DNA of 61,698 bases, filler included, from an uncultured Myxococcia bacterium (GTDB lineage Bacteria > CAZTWC01): assembly GCA_964617105.1 (NCBI GenBank). It is 9 parts of 9 records of this genome, joined end to end, with 100 filler letters (N's around TTAATTAATTAA, not from the genome) between each part and the next. Parts side by side here need not be neighbours in the genome. Positions count along the whole stretch, not along the records: positions 1 to 6,923 come from CAZTWC010000207.1; positions 7,024 to 13,918 come from CAZTWC010000208.1; 7 more parts are not named here. One strand, given 5' to 3'. The translations under genes and the position numbers were made by a program. Every line of letters begins with the position of its first letter. Position 1 is the first letter of the stretch. The notes under the pieces are model-generated. The model was given only the letters and a program-made list of their open reading frames with translations, was not told where the DNA came from and did not search any database. Shown in pieces: positions 1-7,313 of this stretch.

Positions 1-259
1 AGAGGGGTTGATTGCCAATAATCATTTCTGCCTCTGAATAAAGAACTGCCTTGTTGTGCAAAAATCGTTTAGGCATTTTTTTGACCCGGATCCACTTTTT
101 TTTCAAAGGGATACCAGGCTTGATATTGCGACCCGCCACCAATACTTTGGCTGTTTCCCCCAAAGAGTGCATTTTTTTAAATTTGTTTGACCATAACCAT
201 AGGATCAATATACCTATCACTCCTAAGATTACCGCAAAAATGAGCACCGATTTTTTCAT
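1..259 (-). CDS. cpaB: Flp pilus assembly protein CpaB/RcpC (SAF domain), truncated at window edge; absent from ORF track
   Basis: Manual translation from ATG 259: MKKSVLIFAVILGVIGILILWLWSNKF...KVLVAGRNIKPGIPLKKKWIRVKKMPKRFLHNKAV. TM helix then SAF-like VLVAxRxIxxG motif; ATGA overlap with upstream stop; Tad context. Confidence 0.85.
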   Translation of the reverse strand, partial: MKKSVLIFAVILGVIGILILWLWSNKFKKMHSLGETAKVLVAGRNIKPGIPLKKKWIRVKKMPKRFLHNKAVLYSEAEMIIGNQPL

Positions 260-1287
260 GAAGTTCTCTCCCAATAGATAATCGTAACTTCGGTATTTCT
301 TATAGAATCGTCAACAGGAATCCTTACCTCATTTTTATCGTTCCCCACCACAATATGGCATTGCTCTTGTTGACGCATAAAATGGATACTCTTCTCTTCC
401 CCGGTCAATTGGTTGTCTGTCAAGTTCTGCGGGTCTATCTTGTCCAGGGCTTCATCATGAGATTCAGAAATTTTCCACCCCTTATTTCCCATGGCCCCCA
501 GATAAAATTGATACACCCTTTCAACCTCCTCTTGAATGCTATACACCACCAGATGATACCCCGATGGAGAACTTTTGTGCTCCACAGAAACCACTCTCAC
601 CGAACCGGGAAAACGGGGCACATGGGGAATATCTTTGCCTGGCGTATCCTGCCCCTGGTCAGCCACAAAATTGTGGATACTAAAATTACCTCCAGGATAA
701 AAGGTTGTATAGCGGGTGCCCTGGTTGGGCTGGGCCTCCGCCATCACCATCTTGGGTTGAAAAAACTCAGAGATATTACCGGTATTGCTAAATCGCTCCA
801 GCCGCTGGGTCAACTGTTCCAGGTTGTCATCCTCTACAAAAGCAGGTAAAAAAGATACCAATACCCCCTTGTGTTCATTTTCAACCCGCATGGAAAACCC
901 AATCTCCTCCACCAGGTATTTTAAAGCCGCCTCCTTATACCAATTTTTTCCTACAATCTTTTCTACCCATCTTTTCAGGGGCGGCCGGCTATCCATCTGC
1001 GGCCAATAAAAGTCAAGCACCTGCTTGATAGAATCCTGAGTATGATCGAACTCCATAAAAACCGGCAGATTATTGATTGAGAGTTCCATCTGCCCGCTAC
1101 TTTTTTCACCTGCCAAGCCCAAATATTTGGGAATACCCATAATAGGACCGCCATGCTCCATAAAAACCGTAGCTAAAGCCTGAGGTTGCCGAAAGGGATT
1201 GTAATAATGGATAAGGCCGATAAAAACCGACAAAAACAGACCAAAAACCAATAAGAGTTTTAGTAATATTTTAAAAAACGTTTTCAT
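256..1287 (-). CDS. Uncharacterised membrane-anchored protein of the Tad operon
   Basis: 343 aa, N-terminal TM helix, 4-nt overlaps with both neighbours; C-terminal PGKDIPHVPRFPGSVR...VYQFYLGAMGNKGW segment. Confidence 0.75.
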   Translation of the reverse strand: MKTFFKILLKLLLVFGLFLSVFIGLIHYYNPFRQPQALATVFMEHGGPIMGIPKYLGLAGEKSSGQMELSINNLPVFMEFDHTQDSIKQVLDFYWPQMDSRPPLKRWVEKIVGKNWYKEAALKYLVEEIGFSMRVENEHKGVLVSFLPAFVEDDNLEQLTQRLERFSNTGNISEFFQPKMVMAEAQPNQGTRYTTFYPGGNFSIHNFVADQGQDTPGKDIPHVPRFPGSVRVVSVEHKSSPSGYHLVVYSIQEEVERVYQFYLGAMGNKGWKISESHDEALDKIDPQNLTDNQLTGEEKSIHFMRQQEQCHIVVGNDKNEVRIPVDDSIRNTEVTIIYWERTS

Positions 1288-1910
1288 TTTGACAACGTAT
1301 CAAAAGTTCCCACCTGATCAGTGAGCAAATCAGAATCGGCTTCAGTATTGGGATTATGATTATTATACACCGCACAATCATCGGAGAGGGTGGCCTTTAA
1401 TTTTCCCTTCATAAAAGAGGAGTTATAATCAAAATCGACCCTGGATCTTTTAATACCGATAGATATGCCGGCAAAAGAGAGAGTCCGGCCAATAATCCCA
1501 TCCGAATCCGCGTCATCCTTAGAAATGGAATTATCGTTTTGAGCCGAATCTTCTATAGAGGTAACATTATTGTTTTGTTCTTCAGGGACCTGTTGGTTTA
1601 TCTCCTGGTTATCATTCAGGCTTTCCATTTTGGTTTTTAAATCTTCCTTATCAAAATCAGATTCATCTATCCCAGAGATGTGCAGGTTATCAACCATACC
1701 ACCAAAATAGATATTGGCCACCATATCCTTCATTTCCTGGTCCACTCCCTGGCCATTAGCCTTTTTCCAGGCCGTATAGCGGGCTGCCATCAGGGTCCGC
1801 TGCTTAAGCACATAAGCCTGGCCAAAATAGATTATCCCCCCGATAATCAAAAGAAAAACAGGCAGCATAATCGCCACCTCCACCATAGATTGACCTCGCT
1901 CAGATCTCAT
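1284..1910 (-). CDS. TadE/TadF-family pseudopilin
   Basis: RGQSMVEVAIMLPVFLLIIGGII...MAARYTAW prepilin/TadE motif; GGAGG RBS. Confidence 0.88.
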   Translation of the reverse strand: MRSERGQSMVEVAIMLPVFLLIIGGIIYFGQAYVLKQRTLMAARYTAWKKANGQGVDQEMKDMVANIYFGGMVDNLHISGIDESDFDKEDLKTKMESLNDNQEINQQVPEEQNNNVTSIEDSAQNDNSISKDDADSDGIIGRTLSFAGISIGIKRSRVDFDYNSSFMKGKLKATLSDDCAVYNNHNPNTEADSDLLTDQVGTFDTLSK

Positions 1911-2014
1911 ATTCCTCCAAAATAAAGGTTGTGGGCTTTATAATACCTCAACCAGGTTTATATACAACTCAAAAACTGCGCCATTTCCTCCAGTTGAGAT
2001 AGAGTGCAGGGGGC

Positions 2015-3742
2015 TTAATGGACAATCATCATATCACCGATCTTCTCCATTAGGGAACCACTGCTGCCACTCATGTATTTGATAATTTCATTCACTTTGC
2101 TGTTAGAGTTGGGGTCGTTATTTTTTTTATTAGCCTCCAGCAAGGAATCGGAATATCCTCCCGGCCTTTCATGCAATTTAAAAGGCACCAGCCGGGCTTT
2201 CCAGCCCAAATCCCATAGACAGCTTACCTTATCGTCAGAATCTGCATCCTTTGCCTGGCAGGAGGAGTTGTAAAATTCTGCTTCGGCAAAGGTAATTATC
2301 CTGCTACCTTCATTACCCTGGTCAAAGAGTTTGTTTAGCACCTCGGATTTTATACCACTTTTGTAGGCAAAAGCCGCAAAGGAGAGTTCCCCTGCCTCTC
2401 GTAAAACATTAATTCCCTTTGGAAGGACTGCGGGGGCAATATCTCTGGAAGTTTGATCAAATTCTGTTTTGAACTTTTTTTTCTCTTTCCAGATGCAACC
2501 ATCAAAAGTGTACACTTCGTGGAATTTATAAACATCATTACAGTCTGGATATTTTGATTTTGCATCATCTGGTTCAGAATATTTGAACTTCAAAGATGTT
2601 TGGGGGCAATTTTCCAAGATTCTTATGCGTGTAGAATGGTTATTCTGATAACGCATATTTTTCATTTTATAACGCTTATATTTCACCTCTATTCCACTGT
2701 AAACCACCAGATTATCTTTACCTTTTATTGCAAAATTTTCATCTACTACCTTTTTAGGATATTTGAATTGAGATTGGTTCATTGAATATAATTTTTTTTC
2801 TTCTTTAATTGGATTACATATGCCTCCGCTATCACTAATTGGGTATTTTTCAAATCTATTAACCTGGTAAATGCTGCTTATTAAATCCATTTTCCATATA
2901 GTTTTCTCCAGATCTTCTCTTTTGTTTCTGCATTGAACGCAATCTTTACTGCCAGTAGTTATTTTTACATCAAAAGAGGTTTTATCATCACATAAAATTG
3001 CCACAATTCCATTAACGATCTCTTTTGCATATTTTTCTATAATACTAATTTTGTCTATAATATTACCAACAACTGGTATTTTTTTAATTGCATTTCTGGC
3101 ATATGTCGCTACCTGATTACATAGGTTTTTCAATGATCCTTTTTCTGCTGGCAATTTACAATAAGGCGGCCACCAGAACACCAAATCAGCATTATTGGCT
3201 TTGCCAACCCGGAAACTCTCAACCATGGCCCAGGCCGGCACTGTTTTGGCAATCACTTTTTGTACCTTCATTAAAATTATTTCTGTTTTTTCTAACACTT
3301 TGATTATATTATCGATCATATGTTGTACCCTGGACCACCACAATTTTATTTCTAAGTCTAAACCACACGCAGCACATGATAATCCAGCAGTAAACAAGAA
3401 GGTCCATGCGCAAGTAACGCAGATACCAAGCAATGTATATATAAAAACATCTACCGCTATCTTCAAAAACTTCAGTAACACTATAATGCTCATTATCAAC
3501 ACCATGACGATATTGACAAACACTATCATGTTCATCCCTTTGGCTTTTACTGCAGCGCCGGAATAGGCGGCGGCATCGGCAGCGGTCTGCATCTGGATCT
3601 TCTGGTGTACCCGAGCGCCGGTGTTTATCACCACCACCGCAAAGGCGACCAGCACAAAAATCACCAGCGCGATAAAGACTATGGCCTGACCGTGGTTGTC
3701 GTGATGTAGACGTTTAAGTTGATTGGTAAATATTTTCAGCAT
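2015..3742 (-). CDS. TadG-like large pseudopilin / putative tip adhesin
   Basis: HGQAIVFIALVIFVLVAFAVVVINTG...QMQTAADAAAYSGA Tad N-terminal motif; C-terminal LWDLGWKARLVP; Cys-rich middle. Confidence 0.85.
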   Translation of the reverse strand: MLKIFTNQLKRLHHDNHGQAIVFIALVIFVLVAFAVVVINTGARVHQKIQMQTAADAAAYSGAAVKAKGMNMIVFVNIVMVLIMSIIVLLKFLKIAVDVFIYTLLGICVTCAWTFLFTAGLSCAACGLDLEIKLWWSRVQHMIDNIIKVLEKTEIILMKVQKVIAKTVPAWAMVESFRVGKANNADLVFWWPPYCKLPAEKGSLKNLCNQVATYARNAIKKIPVVGNIIDKISIIEKYAKEIVNGIVAILCDDKTSFDVKITTGSKDCVQCRNKREDLEKTIWKMDLISSIYQVNRFEKYPISDSGGICNPIKEEKKLYSMNQSQFKYPKKVVDENFAIKGKDNLVVYSGIEVKYKRYKMKNMRYQNNHSTRIRILENCPQTSLKFKYSEPDDAKSKYPDCNDVYKFHEVYTFDGCIWKEKKKFKTEFDQTSRDIAPAVLPKGINVLREAGELSFAAFAYKSGIKSEVLNKLFDQGNEGSRIITFAEAEFYNSSCQAKDADSDDKVSCLWDLGWKARLVPFKLHERPGGYSDSLLEANKKNNDPNSNSKVNEIIKYMSGSSGSLMEKIGDMMIVH

Positions 3743-4683
3743 ATTATCTCAACTAAATGGGTTATATTCTGCCTTTTTGATACCCAAGAATATTGACTCT
3801 CCAAAGGCAGCACATATCGACTGCGCAAAATCAGGTAATAACCTGGTACTCCCATTTTTAGCAGGGAATAGTTACTGTCAAACACTTGGTTTAAATCATC
3901 CAGCGTCTCTTTATCCATGTCTCTTATTTGAATACCAAACAATTTATTTACCAATGGAATGGCGCAGAAAAAAAGATAGGTTACCTCTACTCCCACATCA
4001 TCGCCAGAAGAGTAATCAAAAGTTTCGGTTTCGCCATCCTTGAGTAAAGGTCCATTGTCTTTGGGATTAAATAGCCGGACTCCTGTGCCCAAAAAAGCAT
4101 ACGGCAACTTCAGTCCGGTTTTGAATACTTTGTAACTTGCCAAAGAACTCTCCGGAGCATAATCAACCGCTTTGGCCACACTTAACCCCCTGCTGCCACC
4201 ATCACCGATAACCATATTATTATCGCCAACCCGTAATAGTATTCTGGTGATCTCTTCATAATCAGATGGTATTTGTAACAATTTAGGAATAAAATCTGCC
4301 AGATTATCTTTTAGAAATTCTAAATAGGTGTCAATCCTGGGTGAAGGAGGGATCATTGCCATTACTGCTGCTTTTTTGATTCTCTCCATTTTGGCAGAAT
4401 CTTCGCCCTGCACCAGAACTCTGTTAGCCTCTTCATCAGGATATTTTTCCTGGTCTTCATCTGGAATTATTACTATGGCCGCCCTGGTAGCACAAAAGGC
4501 AGCATATTCAAGTAAAAGTTTCCCGGTATAGGCCAGGGAGAACTGAATAATCCCCATCACCAGCAGCATCACCACTGGAAATATGAGAATAAATTCGGTC
4601 ATGGCAGCGCCACTGGTTGGCCCCCAATTTACTTTTTCCAGTTTTTTCCCGATTAAACGTGATGTGAAGCGCAATATTAGCAT
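3736..4683 (-). CDS. TadE-family pseudopilin
   Basis: SGAAMTEFILIFPVVMLLVMGIIQFSL...YAAFCATRAAIV TadE motif. Confidence 0.88.
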   Translation of the reverse strand: MLILRFTSRLIGKKLEKVNWGPTSGAAMTEFILIFPVVMLLVMGIIQFSLAYTGKLLLEYAAFCATRAAIVIIPDEDQEKYPDEEANRVLVQGEDSAKMERIKKAAVMAMIPPSPRIDTYLEFLKDNLADFIPKLLQIPSDYEEITRILLRVGDNNMVIGDGGSRGLSVAKAVDYAPESSLASYKVFKTGLKLPYAFLGTGVRLFNPKDNGPLLKDGETETFDYSSGDDVGVEVTYLFFCAIPLVNKLFGIQIRDMDKETLDDLNQVFDSNYSLLKMGVPGYYLILRSRYVLPLESQYSWVSKRQNITHLVEIIC

Positions 4684-4742
4684 CTAATAAAACCAAAATA
4701 GAACCTGTATTCCCTCAGTCCAGGCAGGCCAACTATCCTCCT

Positions 4743-5294
4743 TTACCCAGGGAAGAGGGGGTAAAATTGAACTATCTTATAATGATAATCTACCATGCAC
4801 AGAAAGTTCCCCAATAAAACTGCCAACCCAAAGGGCAAAGAGTTTCTATCTTTTTTTTCTATTGGCTGCGTCTTTAAATTAGGCATAAAAAAATATAAGA
4901 AAAACCGGCCCAAATTCTTTAAGTTTATTAATAGGGTTTTACGCCAAATAGACAGAATTATAGCCAATAATCCGCCGGCAATGATAGAATACAACACCAA
5001 ATTGATGGCTTGAGGATATCCAGCCAAAGCGCCGATAGCGCCTATTAATTTCACATCACCCCCACCCATGGCACCAAACATAAAAAGCAGGAAAAAGGGG
5101 ATAAAAACTATAATAAAGCCTAAAAAACTGGCATATAGACCGTCTAATCTGTATAGAAAAACATTAAGAAAAATCCCCAGAAGGATTCCCGGATAAGTGG
5201 CATGATTAAAGATTTTTTCATATTTTTTATCGGTGTAGGCGCAATATAGCAGCAGAATGGACAAAGCAGTAATAATTATAGGACTTTCAATCAC
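4743..5294 (-). CDS. cpaA: Prepilin peptidase CpaA/TadV (peptidase A24)
   Basis: AYTD...KIFN and AMGGGDVKL catalytic Asp motifs; LPFGLAV C-terminus; multi-TM. Confidence 0.92.
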   Translation of the reverse strand: MIESPIIITALSILLLYCAYTDKKYEKIFNHATYPGILLGIFLNVFLYRLDGLYASFLGFIIVFIPFFLLFMFGAMGGGDVKLIGAIGALAGYPQAINLVLYSIIAGGLLAIILSIWRKTLLINLKNLGRFFLYFFMPNLKTQPIEKKDRNSLPFGLAVLLGNFLCMVDYHYKIVQFYPLFPG

Positions 5295-5562
5295 CTATTT
5301 CCTCACATACCTGGCATTTATCACCCACAAAAATCAAAATATATAAATTAATAAAAAATTTCCAATACAATTTACCAATTACATAGTTAGGAATAGTAAA
5401 AGTAATCTGTTCGCCCATAGGAGATTTAATGCTGGTTATTCCCAAATAGTAAAGCAAAGTAACAAAATCGTTGGGGCTAAACTCTTGTAATTGATCCTGG
5501 CTTAACAGGTTTAAAGCGGTTGGAGTCAAGGTAATTTGTCCATTTTTAAGTAACTCTTCCAT
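5287..5562 (-). pseudogene. Internal fragment of an AAA-ATPase-like (PF09820-type) / PD-(D/E)XK-fusion family gene
   Basis: NDFVTLLYYLGITSIK...FTIPNYVIGKLYWKFF resembles the conserved DFxSLLxYxGxLTI...IPNYVIxxLYW block of that family; no P-loop; only 91 aa. Confidence 0.6.
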
Positions 5563-5749
5563 TGCTGGATATCCCAGGATAAAAAGACAATAGATTTTAG
5601 AATCTTTGGTTCAATCAATTGCTATATAATCAATCTGTATATAGCAATATTTTATTAGGTGAAAATATGGGTAATAGTATAATTCCAAGGTGCTTTGGAA
5701 TTAATATAGATTACTCAGGGTTTCGCGTATCAGGCTAATTTACTAGTTA

Positions 5750-5950
5750 TTACTCCAATTTTTTTGTTGTTTCGAGTGTATTAAGTTCTTTTCCTTGAGA
5801 TTTGAATAAATTCGCAATATCCTGGCCAAAACCAGTAATGATCGCCGTTAAGGCAATAGCAATCAGGGTTATAATAATAATATATTCTGTAGTGGTGGCC
5901 CCCTCTTGATCTTGGTGGAAATTTTTAAAAAAAGATTTTATCTTTTTCAT
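5750..5950 (-). CDS. flp: Flp family type IVb pilin
   Basis: QEGATTTEYIIIITLIAIAL Flp motif; AGGAGAG RBS; 66 aa. Confidence 0.92.
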   Translation of the reverse strand: MKKIKSFFKNFHQDQEGATTTEYIIIITLIAIALTAIITGFGQDIANLFKSQGKELNTLETTKKLE

Positions 5951-6058
5951 TGGGCACTCTCCTTAATTAAATTTTTTCTCGGGTATTATATAGTTTATTC
6001 CCAGGGCCAGTATTTATCTGACTTAACCAGATGCCTGGTTTATATCGCCTGAACCTGG

Positions 6059-6226
6059 TCAGGGAAAAGGTAACTCTATTATAAAGGTTATAAAGCGATA
6101 ATATTCGATTAGCGGATATAAGAGCGATGCTCCAACTATCCCTGCTACTATAGCCACCAGAGTAGTTAAAAGGGCATATTCGGTCATCACCTGACCGGAT
6201 TCGTTTTTTAACCTTTCAATAACCAT
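6059..6226 (-). CDS. Second Flp-like pilin (start 6226 ATG preferred over 6304 TTG)
   Basis: ESGQVMTEYALLTTLVAIVAG Flp motif; hydrophobic C-terminus ending LPFP. Confidence 0.8.
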   Translation of the reverse strand: MVIERLKNESGQVMTEYALLTTLVAIVAGIVGASLLYPLIEYYRFITFIIELPFP

Positions 6227-6334
6227 GAATAATGCTCTGGTAAAAGTTTTCTCCGCTTGTATTCTCTTCTGTTCCAAATCAAAGTCTGGGACAGGGAAAC
6301 CCAAAAGTATAAAACTACTTGTTATTCTTTATAT

Positions 6335-6363
6335 TTTATATGAATTTTTGTAACTATTGTCAA
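6335..6363 (-). promoter_or_regulatory. sigma70-type promoter for the flp/tad operon
   Basis: Minus strand TTGACA-17 bp-TATAAA upstream of the first pilin. Confidence 0.65.
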
Positions 6364-6557
6364 CTGGTAATTTAATTATGAGCATTTGCTGGTCAATTTT
6401 AGGTTAGTGCAACCAATTTGGACCTTTATGATGATGGGGGGGTTCCATTATTGGTCACTAAAACTTTTCGATTTACAGCATTTTCTGTTTGTAAATTAAA
6501 TTCTAATTGTTTACACTCTGTCATGGGAAAATTCTTGTTTCGTTATTTGTTTTATAA

Positions 6558-6623
6558 GGTGTTGTAGACCGGGTTTTTATCACCGGAGTTACTCCGATTG
6601 CCTTAGATAGTTTATCAAGTTGA
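6558..6623 (+). pseudogene. 21-codon relic of an AAA-ATPase-like (PF09820-type) gene
   Basis: Translates GVVDRVFITGVTPIALDSLSS*, bounded by TAA and TGA; matches the family FITGVxPIxLDxLTSGFN motif. Confidence 0.55.
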
Positions 6624-6686
6624 GGACAAGCCTCGCTGGAATGACAGAAATAATGCTTTGTCCAATTTTGCCTTGATTTTTCAAGC

Positions 6687-6757
6687 ACAGGTGGTCAACT
6701 TTCGGTTGACATTACGTTAACAAATCCCACCAAAAATAATGTGAATTGACCACCTGT
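6687..6757. repeat. 12-bp inverted repeat with overlapping alternative hairpin
   Basis: ACAGGTGGTCAA (6687-6698) / TTGACCACCTGT (6746-6757); GTCAAC-TTTCG-GTTGAC at 6694-6710. Confidence 0.6.
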
Positions 6758-6923
6758 ACTAACGGTAAAATAAAATATCATTTTTTTCTTCAAGCAGACC
6801 TGCTCACCATTTACAATTTCCTTGGAATTATATATTATAGTCAGAATATATTGAGTTTGTAATAGATTGGTATCGATTTAAATATATTTAACTTTCAACT
6901 GTTTAATATGACTAATATTTTTA

Positions 6924-7023
6924 NNNNNNNNNNNNNNNNNNNNNNNNNNNNNNNNNNNNNNNNNNNNTTAATTAATTAANNNNNNNNNNNNNNNNNNNNN
7001 NNNNNNNNNNNNNNNNNNNNNNN
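6924..7023. other. Artificial contig linker
   Basis: 44 N + TTAATTAATTAA + 44 N. Confidence 0.98.
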
Positions 7024-7308
7024 GCAAGCTAAAGCAAAATCGGCATTTTCCGAAAGAAATCCAAAACCCGGATGAATCGCCTGGCAAGAGTAACTGTGGG
7101 CTGTTTCGAGAATAGCATCCATATTCAGGTAACTTTCTCCACTCTGAGCCGGGCCTATGCATACTTTGAAATCGGCAGCATCCAAATGGGGTGAAGTTTT
7201 ATCAGCCTCGGCGTAAATAGCCACAGTTTCGATTTCCAATTCCTTACTGGCCATGATAATTCGCAGTGCAATCTCGCCCCGGTTAGCAACCAGCAATCGC
7301 TTAAACAT
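7024..7308 (-). CDS. accC: Biotin carboxylase N-terminus (truncated by contig end)
   Basis: [17 protein letters not shown]...ESYLN...[16 protein letters not shown]. Confidence 0.88.
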
Positions 7309-7313
7309 TTATA

